A program made the translations under genes and the position numbers. A stretch of DNA of 62,930 bases, counting the filler, from Octopus bimaculoides (taxonomy: Eukaryota): NCBI RefSeq assembly GCF_001194135.2. It is 5 parts of 4 records of this genome, joined end to end, with 100 filler letters (N's around TTAATTAATTAA, not from the genome) between each part and the next. Parts side by side here need not be neighbours in the genome. Positions count along the whole stretch, not along the records: positions 49,174 to 60,292 come from NC_068981.1; positions 60,393 to 62,930 come from NC_068992.1; 3 more parts are not named here. One strand, 5' to 3'. The notes under the pieces are model-generated. The model saw only the letters and a program-made list of their open reading frames with translations. It was not told the DNA's origin and ran no database searches. Positions 51,506 to 62,930 of this stretch are shown one piece after another. Every line of letters begins with the position of its first letter. Position 1 is the stretch's first letter.

Positions 51506-52761
51506 AGTATAAGATATATTTCTCTAATATTCCATGTGCTTTATTATCAATCATTCTTCAGAAGGCAGCCGTTGTCATCGTTGAAAGTTTGAGTGCTTAC
51601 GGTTAAATACTGACAAGATAAAAATGCCCACTGTTTAATTGTTGACATTATAAACGCCGGCAGTTGTTTTAGCTGAAAAATTTTCAAAAATCTAACTGCA
51701 TTTTTTTTTTTAATCGTTTTAAAACTAAAGCAGTTTATTGGACTGAAAGTTGACATGACTGTAAAAAAGAAAACTGAAATAATTGAAATAGTTAAAAATG
51801 CATTAAGAAATATACTAAAAGAATAATAGTGCCAGTAATAACTTTAAGAATTACAGCAATTCATTCAAACAAAACGATAAATTGTGAGACATTAACCCGA
51901 AGGAAAATACGAGGCTAGTCGGAGTATAAGTTGCGAAAACTTTTTTTAATATTGTCATTAACCATTACTTATAAATATATTTGGCCACAAGATGATGGCA
52001 ATATGACTGTCGGCATTTATTCTGAGTAGCACAACTTTAGTGTAATTTATTTGTTTATTTAAAAATTTATTAACTTGGTTAGTATTTGGCATGCGCACAA
52101 AATACCGGAAGTCAAAATGCATATAAAACAAAACAATCAAGAAAAAGTTGCACACAAATGCTCACACAGGTACGCATACATATTCTTAAATATATACACA
52201 CATATACAAAGATACACACACACACACACACATATGCAAATATTTGTATGAGTAAAAGCAATATTTTCAAGAATTCTTTTTGTGGACAAAGTGTTTATTG
52301 AATTACAATACATCATTTAAATGCTGACATATGCTGTTCACTAAATACTTTTTTCGTGCTGCTACTACAAGCTATTTCGGGATATTTTTTTCACACATTC
52401 CCAAAGAGTGTTTCATTTGCAGAAATAATTAATAATCATTTGTCTTATTTAACAAGAAAATATATAATTAGCTACAACATAAATTATTTAATTAACTTCT
52501 CATTTTTATTGCTTTTCTCTTAATTTTATGATGGACTTGGGACAAAATCTCTCTCCTAGAATTTTTTGGGTAAATTAAAAGTCTATTAGTATTAGTAAAA
52601 GTTAATTCGCGTTAAGTTATGTGTTAGCATTCTTTAAAATCCCAACGTCATACATATATGCCTACATTCTTTCACCTGGTGTTGCACCCAAAACAAACTT
52701 TCATAGATTTTATATCTCATTTATTCACAACACATCACTTTCCCAATATGTATATAATACG

Positions 52762-52979
52762 AGGTGGCGAGCTGGCAGAAACGTTAGCACGCCGGGTGAA
52801 ATGTTTAGCGGTATTTCGTCTGTCTTTACGTTCTGAGTTCAAATTCCGCCGAGGTCGACTTTGCCTTTCATCCTTAATGGGTCGATAAATTAAGTACCAG
52901 CTGTGTACTGGGGTCGATATAATCGACTGGCCCTCTCCCCCTAAAATTTAGGGCCTTGTACCTAGAGTAGAAAAGAATA
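52762..52979 (+). mobile_element. SINE family B
   Basis: Well-preserved head, body and tail. Confidence 0.9.
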
Positions 52980-53013
52980 TGTATGTAACAGAATATATTA
53001 TAATATGATATAA

Positions 53014-53229
53014 TGGATTCAAATTTTGCCACAAGGGCAGCAATTTTGGAGGAGAGGGATGAGTCGATTACATTGACTCCAAAGTTCAACTGGTACTTAT
53101 TTTATCGGCACCGAAAAGATGATAGGCAAAGTTGACCCCGGCAGAGTTAGAACTCAGAACGTAGCAACGAGCGATATACTGCTAAGCATTTCGTCCAGCG
53201 CGCTAACGATTCTACCAGCTCGTCGCCTT
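53014..53229 (-). mobile_element. SINE family B (inverted relative to 52762-52979)
   Basis: Reverse-complement homology to B copies. Confidence 0.88.
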
Positions 53230-53553
53230 ATATAATATAATACAATTTGATATAATTTAAAATTATATAACCATGTGTGTATATGTATGTATGTATATAT
53301 ATATATATATATATATGAGTATGTGTACGCTAATATCGAACAGTGAGAATGAGTGCTCAACACAGCATTGGTGGATACATTTTCTTTCTTTGTGGGTTAA
53401 GAAAACAGCCAATGTTTTCATGTGAAAAGATCTTCACAATTGTTCAAGAATACCACCTGAAAGTGTTGTTACTCGTCTTCACATGAAACCATAAGTTGCC
53501 TTGTTAACCCACAAATAATGAATGAGTATGTGTATGAATATATTTACGCGCAC

Positions 53554-53588
<35 letters not shown>

Positions 53589-53605
53589 CACATAAACACA
53601 CACAT

Positions 53606-53987
53606 TGTTGGCACTCCGTCGCTTACGACGTCGAGGGTTTCAGTTGATCCAATCAACGGAACAGCCTGCTCGTGAAATTAACGTGCAAGTGGCTGAGCAC
53701 TCCACAGACACGTGTACCTTTAACGTAGTTCTCGGGCATATTCAGCGTGACACAGTGTGACAAGGCTGACCCTTTGAATTACAGGCACAACAGAAACATG
53801 AAGTAAGAATGAGAGCAAATTGTGGCGAAAGAGTACAGCAGGGTTCGCCACCATCCCCTGCCAGAGCCTCGTGGAGCTTTAGGTGTTTCCGCTCAATAAA
53901 CACTCACAACGCCTGGTCTGGGAATCGAAACCGCGATCCTATGACCGCGAGTCCGCTGCCCTAACCACTAGACCATTGCGCCTCCAC
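53606..53987 (-). mobile_element. SINE family C, tail type 1, 12-bp TSD AAACACACACAT
   Basis: TSD at 53594-605 and 53988-99. Confidence 0.93.
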
Positions 53988-54019
53988 AAACACACACATA
54001 TACAGAGGCTAAGGATCGG

Positions 54020-54740
54020 GACAAAGGTCTACGAAATGTATGAAGTCGAGTAGGCCTTCATTATGAGGGATAGCAATGTATATGAATTTGATGTCGAGGG
54101 TAAACATTAGTCGGAAAGATCCTGGAGGAAAAGAGGAAGAATTAAAGAGACGAAGAGCGTGATCGGTGCCATGAATGTAAGAGGAGCGGAAACCACTAGG
54201 AGTGCGAGGACGAGATCGAGATATTGGGAAATTAATTCAGACACAAAGGGATGGCCTGGTTGTTGGGCTTACGAATCTTAATAATGAGGAGTGAAATCGG
54301 AGGGTAGAGGATGGTAGAAAAGATCGTCTTGAAGTTGGCGGAGCGCTTCAGCCACGTAGAAATTTGCATGCCACACAACCACGGCTTCACCCTTGTCAGT
54401 GAGTTTATTAATGAAGTTTTCCCGGAGCCTGATGCAAGGGAGGGCTTAGATTTCGTCTCGGATCATGTTGAGCTGTTGGGGTCGACTACGAAAATAGAAC
54501 TGGTCTAGAGTGCGGTGGCAGACGCTGATAGTTTGATCAGCTGAGCGGCACAAGATCAATGAAGCGGCCTCGTCCGTTTGGTGCAGGTGGAGCATTATGA
54601 AAGAGTATGCAGCTCAACGCGACGAGATGTGAAACGGAGACACCTACTGAAGAGAGAATGCTCAGTTTCAGAGAGAAGAAAATCAAAGAGAAATAGTTAC
54701 AACAGAGTGAAAAGGAATAAAGGGGAGTAGGGAAGATGTG
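54020..54740 (-). pseudogene. Penelope-like element RT N-terminal fragment (different lineage from the other PLE pieces)
   Basis: 'LSETEHSLFSRCLRF', 'KLTDKGEAVVVWHANFYVAEALRQLQDDLFY', 'ELISQYLDLVL', 'MFTLDIKFIYIAIPHNEGL' match the PLE RT motifs PADKG.AVVV and L.T.D..SLYT.IPH.EG. Confidence 0.72.
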
Positions 54741-55593
54741 TGAGGTGGAGAAAGGGAGACGGTGGCAGACTGGGAGGAGAGTTGAAAAGAGTTGGCACTA
54801 AGTGGTAGAGATGGCGAAAAAGTAGGGTGACAGAGGTGAGGGTAGTATGTGTTATCGGGGTAGGGAAAAGGATGGGTATTGTGGAGTTGAGTAGGACAGG
54901 ATAGAGGAATGATAAAGGAATAATTAGGAATGCTTGGTGCGATAAAAAAAAAAATTGTGGAGAAGGCAGTTGAGGTAGAGAACGAAACGGAGGGTAGAGT
55001 GGGGTAATGGAAGAGCAGCAGCAGGAAAAGAGGATAGAACAGAGAAGTGGGAGACAACGCTTAAATGTGCGTGTTTTGGAGGGATTAGAGAGGATGGTGG
55101 CACGCGTATGGCTGTGGGAAGTTGTGCAAGGGACCGGTTCATTGGGAGAGGCAGAGTGGGAAGTAGGATGGAAGGGGAGATAGNNNNNNNNNNNNNNNNN
55201 NNNNNNNNNNNNNNNNNNNNNNNNNNNNNNNNNNNNNNNNNNNNNNNNNNNNNNNNNNNNNNNNNNNNNNNNNNNNNNNNNNNNNNNNNNNNNNNNNNNN
55301 NNNNNNNNNNNNNNNNNNNNNNNNNNNNNNNNNNNNNNNNNNNNNNNNNNNNNNNNNNNNNNNNNNNNNNNNNNNNNNNNNNNNNNNNNNNNNNNNNNNN
55401 NNNNNNNNNNNNNNNNNNNNNNNNNNNNNNNNNNNNNNNNNNNNNNNNNNNNNNNNNNNNNNNNNNNNNNNNNNNNNNNNNNNNNNNNNNNNNNNNNNNN
55501 NNNNNNNNNNNNNNNNNNNNNNNNNNNNNNNNNNNNNNNNNNNNNNNNNNNNNNNNNNNNNNNNNNNNNNNNNNNNNNNNNNNNNNNNNNNNN

Positions 55594-56274
55594 TAGCTGA
55601 AAGAACCACTCGCGATTGGTATGCCAAGTTCAAAAATGGAAATTTTGACCTCAAAGACACACCTCGTTCTGGCCGTCCAGTTGAGTGCGATGAAGAGCGA
55701 TTAAACCAACTTTTGCACGAAAATTCTCGTCAGACGACAAGAGAACTAGCAGAGAAAATGGAATGCTCCCACACTGCTATAGAGAAACATCTTCATCCGA
55801 TGAGAAAGGTTCAGAAGTATGGAGCATGAGTTCCGCATGCTTTAAGTGACAACAGCAAAAATCAACGACCTAATCGTCAGCATGGAGTTCTTCTGCTGCA
55901 CGACAACGCCCGCCCTCATATCGCCAATATGACCAAGGAAGCCATTCAAACGCATGGATGGGATTTGCTGCCACATCCGCCATACTCTCCTGATTTGGTA
56001 CCAACGGATTTCCACCTCTTTCGATCTCTTTCAAATGCTATGCGCGGAGTTTCGTTCAATACTGATGCAGAATTGAGAGCTTGGTTGGATCAATTTTTCG
56101 AGTCGAAATCGGGAGATTTCCACCAACGAGGTATTGAAAATCTTCTTGAATGTTGAGAAGAAGTTGTAAACAACGAGGATGAATACATTATTGATTAATT
56201 AGTTGTTATTTTTTATTAAACCTTTTTTAAAATTTAAATTAAAAAAAACCGCGGGAACATAGTTACCAACTTAA
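55594..56274 (+). mobile_element. mariner (DD34D) element, 5' end in gap, in-frame internal deletion
   Basis: RSGRP, YGA*VPHAL, then directly LLHDNARPH..HPPYSPDLVPTDFHLF; right TIR ..CCGCGGGAACATAGTTACCAACTTAA followed by TA (56275-76). Confidence 0.9.
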
Positions 56275-56780
56275 TATACATACTTCTTTTTACTTCTCTC
56301 TCACCCTCTCTCTCTATATATATGATTGACCGCTAGCTACTAAAGCTTTCTTTTTTTATTCTCTCTCTTTATTTTCTCATGTTCCGTTCTGTTGAAGAGC
56401 GTAGGCTCGAAACGTAAAAGACTTTCTCACCTTCCCGAGCGTTAAACAAATACATCTGTTTGTTGTTTACACATCTGTCTTCGTGTTTTGATTTTTATAA
56501 ATTCCAACTATATATATATATATATACATAGTGGACTGTTGGCGATTTTTCCTTCTTTCTCTTTGGACTTTCCTGTTTCCGACGAAGAGNNNNNNNNNNN
56601 NNNNNNNNNNNNNNNNNNNNNNNNNNNNNNNNNNNNNNNNNNNNNNNNNNNNNNNNNNNNNNNNNNNNNNNNNNNNNNNNNNNNNNNNNNNNNNNNNNNN
56701 NNNNNNNNNNNNNNNNNNNNNNNNNNNNNNNNNNNNNNNNNNNNNNNNNNNNNNNNNNNNNNNNNNNNNNNNNNNNNNNN

Positions 56781-56839
<59 letters not shown>

Positions 56840-57919
56840 AACACACACACATATGTATGCATGTATGTACACGTATTTACACAAACATATCTATACCTTC
56901 AGCACCACATGCGTACGGACATAACTCACACATACACACACATGCATGTATGCGTATGTAAACTACGGGTTTTGAATTAATCATTCGATTTCTAATGGAG
57001 GTGCAAGTAACAATTATTACAGTTACATTTACGTGCGACAAGTGTTTGCGCATGCGTATGTGTGGCGAGTGTTTGTGTGCATGAAAGTGTGTGTAAAAAT
57101 TTAAATAGGTAGCCTCAGGTTCGACGATGAGTATTGCAGATACTTGACTTTATCCCTCTAACATCAATCTATTATATGCATTCGTGTAGGTCACCGATTG
57201 AGGATATCATCCTTTCTCCCACACATCAGCTTTTGAAGCCCTCCCGCCTAAAATTTCATGGTCATTGCCTTCCCAACTAGCTGTAGTTAAATGAGTTACT
57301 TGCTCTTGCATTAGTATGTAACTGACTGAGTATTTCACAGATACATACACACTTAATTCACAGACAAAAATTAACGTCACACTGTTTATGTCAAGTCTAG
57401 GTCGTTGATCTATTGATGCACTCTTTCGAACAGGCTTACGTCCACGCATTTGCCGCCTACATAGTTTTATTTATATGATTTGAGTCGACTATCTGTTCGA
57501 AGCGATAGTCTAACACACTTGCTCAATATGCTGTTAGGTGAGATTAAACCCAGGATTTAATGATTGCGAAGTGAACTACTTCCCCAATTATTCATGTCAT
57601 CACCTTTGCATGTAAATAAATGCATTCATACACATAACTTCAATAAATTTCTATTTATATTCTATCTGAATAAATGTTTCGTCCTCCAATCCTAGAATAA
57701 ACGAATAAATGATAGAACAATTTTGTCTATTAGTTCTGACTAAAAATAGCAAAAGTTCCAATATTTTATTTATTTACAAACACATCATATGACCTTTTTT
57801 ACCCAAAATGTTTTATGAGAAACAAAGTAATTCGACTCTTGACAAAAGCTATTGAGCGAAAAGCTTCACAAGTCTACTTTAGCTTGACCTTCTTATGAAC
57901 TTCTGCCGAATCTCATGCT

Positions 57920-58300
57920 AACATCATAACGGTAAAAGTTCTTATACCACATCATGTACAGCATTATACAGAAGCTAGTTACGCAGTGTTAAAACAGTGC
58001 AAAATTTTATACCATCATGCACAGCGTCACATCACGCAGTGCTACAACAATACAAAATTTTATACCGTACCTTAAACATTTCTATACAGTAGTACATCAA
58101 GGCAGTGCTACAACTACGAAAAGTTTTATAACGCACCCTATACATACCAATACAATGCCACATCACGCGAATTTATAACAGTGCAAAATGTTATGCTACA
58201 CCGGGCATAGCGACACCGCGCATAGCACAATGCGAAGCGACATAAGTGCAAGATCTTATAACCACATTAAGCACAGTTCCACATAGCACAGCCACAAAAA
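57920..58300. repeat. Degenerate minisatellite of about 65 bp (about 6 units) built from pentamers
   Basis: Anchor AAAA(G/T)TTTATA(C/A)C at 57934, 58001, 58054, 58119, 58185 and 58250. Confidence 0.65.
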
Positions 58301-58345
58301 ACAAAATAAACATTAACAATAAACTGAAAGATCATTTTTTAAATT

Positions 58346-59205
58346 CTTTTACTCTTTTACTTACAAATGACTGTTTCAGTCATTTGACTGCGGCCATGCT
58401 GGAGCACCGCCTTTAGTCGGAAAAATCGACCCCAGGACTTATTCTTTGTAAGCCTGGTACTTATTCTATCGGTATTTTTTGCCGAACCGCTATGTTACGG
58501 GAACGTAAACACGCCAACATCGGTTGTCAAGTGATGGTGGTGGTGGTGGTGNNNNNNNNNNNNNNNNNNNNNNNNNNNNNNNNNNNNNNNNNNNNNNNNN
58601 NNNNNNNNNNNNNNNNNNNNNNNNNNNNNNNNNNNNNNNNNNNNNNNNNNNNNNNNNNNNNNNNNNNNNNNNNNNNNNNNNNNNNNNNNNNNNNNNNNNN
58701 NNNNNNNNNNNNNNNNNNNNNNNNNNNNNNNNNNNNNNNNNNNNNNNNNNNNNNNNNNNNNNNNNNNNNNNNNNNNNNNNNNNNNNNNNNNNNNNNNNNN
58801 NNNNNNNNNNNNNNNNNNNNNNNNNNNNNNNNNNNNNNNNNNNNNNNNNNNNNNNNNNNNNNNNNNNNNNNNNNNNNNNNNNNNNNNNNNNNNNNNNNNN
58901 NNNNNNNNNNNNNNNNNNNNNNNNNNNNNNNNNNNNNNNNNNNNNNNNNNNNNNNNNNNNNNNNNNNNNNNNNNNNNNNNNNNNNNNNNNNNNNNNNNNN
59001 NNNNNNNNNNNNNNNNNNNNNNNNNNNNNNNNNNNNNNNNNNNNNNNNNNNNNNNNNNNNNNNNNNNNNNNNNNNNNNNNNNNNNNNNNNNNNNNNNNNN
59101 NNNNNNNNNNNNNNNNNNNNNNNTTTTTTCTTTTTTCTTCTCTCCTTTTTTTTTATAAACAAAAAAAAAAAAACAAGCTTCTTATCACACAGCCACTCCT
59201 GCGCC
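58346..59205 (-). mobile_element. SINE family A spanning a gap
   Basis: Tail at 58346-58530 and head remnant at 59170-59205. Confidence 0.75.
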
Positions 59206-59450
59206 TATCATTCAATACTTTTTAGTTAGGTACACACTACATTTTACAAGTAAAAGGTTGGTAGTGACTTTGAAGTCACATCTTATCAGCCGTCAACAGA
59301 TTGGTGATCAGACTATCATTCTCGTTTTGAAGAGAATACGGATTGCTGAGTTACGGTGACGTAAACAATATACAAAGATGATGGATGGTCACGGCTAGAA
59401 CGTTTTAGATCGGGGTTTGGTCCATCAGTGTCAACCTGGAGCTAAGCAGT

Positions 59451-59670
59451 AATAATGATTTCAAATTTTGGCTGAGGGCTAGCAATTTCAGGGGAGGGGT
59501 ATAAGCCAATTACATCGACCCAAGTGCTCAACTGGTACTTATTTTATCGACCCGCAAGAATGAAAAGAAAGGTCGACCTTGGCGGAATTTGAACTCAGAA
59601 CGTCAATCCGGAAAAAATGCTGCAAAGCATTTTGCCTGACGTACTAACAATTCTTCTAGCTTACCGCCTT
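59451..59670 (-). mobile_element. SINE family B with 12-bp TSD GAGCTAAGCAGT
   Basis: TSD at 59439-50 and 59671-82. Confidence 0.9.
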
Positions 59671-60246
59671 GAGCTAAGCAGTTATATAAGAACAATAGTA
59701 CAACTAAACTATGCAAGATGTCACTTCAACACACCGTGCATAACATAATGTGTCCAACTGAACATTACATTGGCATTAATGTCATATAAAACCATTTCGT
59801 GCTTGAACTACAAGGACACAACAGCAGAAACATGCGCCTATACATGTAGATAATACTATAGCACATAAAATTACACTACGTTATATCATGCCCTTAACGC
59901 AGTACATCACAGCAAGCCACATCACGTTGTAACCCACCCATCTTTCTATATACATAACATAAACTAATGTAATTGATGCTGTACGTGTATTGGGTATATT
60001 TAGTACATTTGTATCTGTGTGTATTTTTGAGAGAATAGAAATGCATGTGTTTGTGTGTGCGTGTGTGAGCGCGCGCCCATGTATGTGTGTGTGTGTATTA
60101 GTTCATGTATAGATATCTGTGTGTAAATTAGTGTTTGTATTTATGCAAGTGTGTATTAGTATGCCTAGAGATGTATGTAAGTTTAATTAAATCATATGTA
60201 TACATATATATGTGTGTGTGTATGTATATGTATACATATACGTGTC

Positions 60247-60292
<46 letters not shown>

Positions 60293-60713
60293 NNNNNNNN
60301 NNNNNNNNNNNNNNNNNNNNNNNNNNNNNNNNNNNNTTAATTAATTAANNNNNNNNNNNNNNNNNNNNNNNNNNNNNNNNNNNNNNNNNNNNTATATATA
60401 TATACTAAAACAATATATATATAGTTATATATGCATTCATATATATATATACGTATGTTCATATATACATACGTGTGTGTGCGTGTATGTATCGTATAAG
60501 AATATTAATAACAATATTGTTGATGTCGCTGTTGTTGTTGTTGCTGTTCCTGCTGCTATTGTTACAAGAACAAAAGCAACAAGACAAAGAATGAATATTG
60601 GAAGATGAAGAGGATGAGACGGAGGCCGTAGAGGAACATATTAATAAATATAATGATAGTAAAGTAACATTATAAATACACATGACATAGAACCAAGTAA
60701 TATNNNNNNNNNN

Positions 60714-60895
60714 TGTATTTCAAAAGGCCAGCCTTGTCACCCTCTGTGTCACGCTGAATCTCCCCGAGAACCACGTTAAGTGTACACGTATCTGTGAAGT
60801 GCTCAGCCACTTACACGTTAATTTCACGAGCAGGCTGTTCCGCTGATCGGATCAACTGGAACCCTCACCGTCATAATCGACGGAGTGCCACGACA
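60714..60895 (+). mobile_element. Type-1 SINE tail (head lost at or in the gap)
   Basis: Homology to 50270-50448. Confidence 0.8.
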
Positions 60896-61034
60896 ACTAA
60901 ATAATACAAGTCTTGTGACATAGACCAACAATTGTGATTTTGCTCTCTGTTTTATCATAACAGAAAATAAGGTTCCCGGCCAACCAAGTTTTGGGATCTG
61001 GTTTCGATCCCTGAATCATCTCAGTCTCTCATCC

Positions 61035-61180
61035 TCTCATTCATTTATAAAACTTATATTCTCTCATTCATTTATAAAACTTATATTCTCTTATTCATTT
61101 ATAAAACATATTCTCTCATTCATTTATGAAACATATTCTCTCATTCATTTATAAAACTTATATTCTCTCATTCATTTATG
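61035..61180. repeat. 25-27-bp tandem minisatellite CTCTCATTCATTTATAAAAC(TT)ATATT, about 5.5 units
   Basis: Directly visible. Confidence 0.9.
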
Positions 61181-61184
61181 TATG

Positions 61185-61233
<49 letters not shown>

Positions 61234-61639
61234 NNNNNNNNNNNNNNNNNNNNNNNNNNNNNNNNNNNNNNNNNNNNNNNNNNNNNNNNNNNNNNNNNNN
61301 NNNNNNNNNNNNNNNNNNNNNNNNNNNNNNNNNNNNNNNNNNNNNNNNNNNNNNNNNNNNNNNNNNNNNNNNNNNNNNNNNNNNNNNNNNNNNNNNNNNN
61401 NNNNNNNNNNNNNNNNNNNNNNNNNNNNNNNNNNNNNNNNNNNNNNNNNNNNNNNNNNNNNNNNNNNNNNNNNNNNNNNNNATGGCTTTTAAATTAAAAG
61501 TAAAATATTTTAAAATGAATTCTTTCAACTTTACATTTGTAAATGAAGCCCATTTTTTAAAATTCAAATCCATTATAAATTTACTATAAATTTACTTTTA
61601 CTATTTTTACATTTTACCTTGGTTTGGTTATTGTTAACA

Positions 61640-61655
61640 TCATTATGATCATCAC

Positions 61656-61725
<70 letters not shown>

Positions 61726-61752
61726 TGTTATTATTATTATTATTACTATTAT
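61640..61752. repeat. (ATT)n microsatellite
   Basis: Directly visible. Confidence 0.9.
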
Positions 61753-62219
61753 TTGCAATCGTATTAACATTTTTCTACGAAATTAAAGAAAAAATATAAT
61801 AGTACATTTAACAAAACCCAGATGTTTCATTCCGCATTAGATATAATTACATTTCTTTCCGCAGAGAAATATCAAATGTGCATCACGTCTTTAAAACGTT
61901 CGATATTTTTATCAATTTGTACTAAGACCAAAAACAGAAAAACACCAGAAAACTATTATGTTCCCGCCATATTCTATTCAGATTGAGCTCTACGAAGGCA
62001 TACTAATCTTAGATGACATAATGCTTTTTAGCCAAACTGATTCATGAATCAAGCTGTCTGTTTGCAAGAACACTCATTTGTTTCAATTATTCTATAATTG
62101 CTAAGATACTGTGTACACTTTTTTACATATTCTTCCAAACTGACGTTGCTTTTCATCCTTTTGAGATCATAAAATAAGAACCACTTGAAATTAGGGTTTG
62201 ATATAATTGATAATGCGCA

Positions 62220-62420
62220 GGGCGGCGAGCTGGCAGGATCGTTAACGCGTCAGACAAAATGATTAGCAGTATTTTGAGCTCAAGTTCCACCAAGGTCGAC
62301 TTTGCTTTTCATCTTTTCTGAGTCGATGAGATAAGTACCAGTTGAATACTGAGGTCGATGTAATTGACTAGCCCCTTCCTCCAAAAATTTGCAGGCTTTT
62401 TGCCTATAGTAGAAAGGATA
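62220..62420 (+). mobile_element. SINE family B
   Basis: Homology to other B copies. Confidence 0.85.
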
Positions 62421-62506
62421 TAATGAATTATGCGCAAGGCGTGCCGAATGTAACTCTCAATAAACAGCCTTTGCCGTTTTGAAAAGAAAATTTTTCTAAA
62501 GCGGGG

Positions 62507-62869
62507 TTGTTGGTACTCCGTCGCTTACGACGTCGAGGGTTCCAGTTGATCCAATCAACGGAACAGCCTGCTCGTGAAATTAACGTGCAAGTGGCTGAGC
62601 ACTCCACAGACACGTGTACCCTTAACGTAGATTCAGCGTGACACAGCTGACCCCTTTGAATTACAGGTACAACAGAAACAAGAAGTAAGAGTGAGAGAAA
62701 GTTGTGGAGAAAGAGTACAGCAGGGTTCACCACCATCCCCTGCCGGAGCCTCGTGGAGCTTTAGGTGCTTTCGCTCAATAAACACTCACAACGCCCGGTC
62801 TGGGAATCGAAACCACGATCCTATGACCGCGAGTCCGCTGCCCTAACCACTGGGCCATTGCGCCTCCAC
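62507..62869 (-). mobile_element. SINE family C, tail type 1
   Basis: Near-identical to 53606-53987 apart from small deletions. Confidence 0.9.
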
Positions 62870-62930
62870 TTAAAGTTGGGTAAGAGGTGTCTTATTAACA
62901 TACACACCCACTATGGGAAAAAGAGTTAAC

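Noticed and set aside
57920-58300. Repeat-spacer appearance suggesting a CRISPR array
   Set aside because: Eukaryotic context, degenerate anchors, spacers related to each other, and no cas genes.
23351-60392. Recurrent TTAATTAATTAA motif embedded in N runs (four times)
   Set aside because: It is always 44 N + 12 bp + 44 N = 100 bp, a six-frame-stop scaffolding linker. It is not biological, and order and orientation across these joins are uncertain.
6267-61589. Long ORFs made of X, or of CV/HT/YI/RE/NN repeats
   Set aside because: They are produced by N gaps and di-, tri- and tetranucleotide microsatellites.
5288-62869. tRNA-like sequences
   Set aside because: All are SINE heads continuing into SINE bodies; none forms a full cloverleaf gene.

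Overview
Repeat-saturated, AT-rich, gappy eukaryotic DNA, almost certainly intronic or intergenic. The SINE families and microsatellite load suggest an octopus genome, recognised from memory and not checked against a database. No host protein-coding gene can be confidently identified. Most long ORFs in the track are artefacts of N gaps or microsatellites. Supported content: (i) a near full-length Tc1/mariner element with a DD36E triad (3776-5045, TIRs and TA TSD), plus two internally deleted Tc1/mariner relics; (ii) a degenerate ~5.5-kb Ty3/Gypsy LTR retrotransposon of the CsRn1/Kabuki/Boudicca type on the minus strand (32939-38415); (iii) a Tx1/L1-clade LINE lacking its RT domain (~42800-45846); (iv) at least four Penelope-like element fragments; (v) more than 25 tRNA-derived SINE copies of 3-4 modular families, many with TSDs, in tandem arrays and inverted pairs; (vi) many microsatellites and minisatellites; (vii) four 100-bp scaffolding linkers. 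The best discovery candidate is a structurally complete minimal type-I hammerhead ribozyme (18763-18822). It lies in a non-coding 323-bp unit followed by a partial direct repeat and flanked by an inverted, ribozyme-deleted copy, resembling a retrozyme (circRNA-producing non-autonomous retroelement). Next best is a SINE whose 3' tail matches the 3' end of the Tx1 LINE in the same window.
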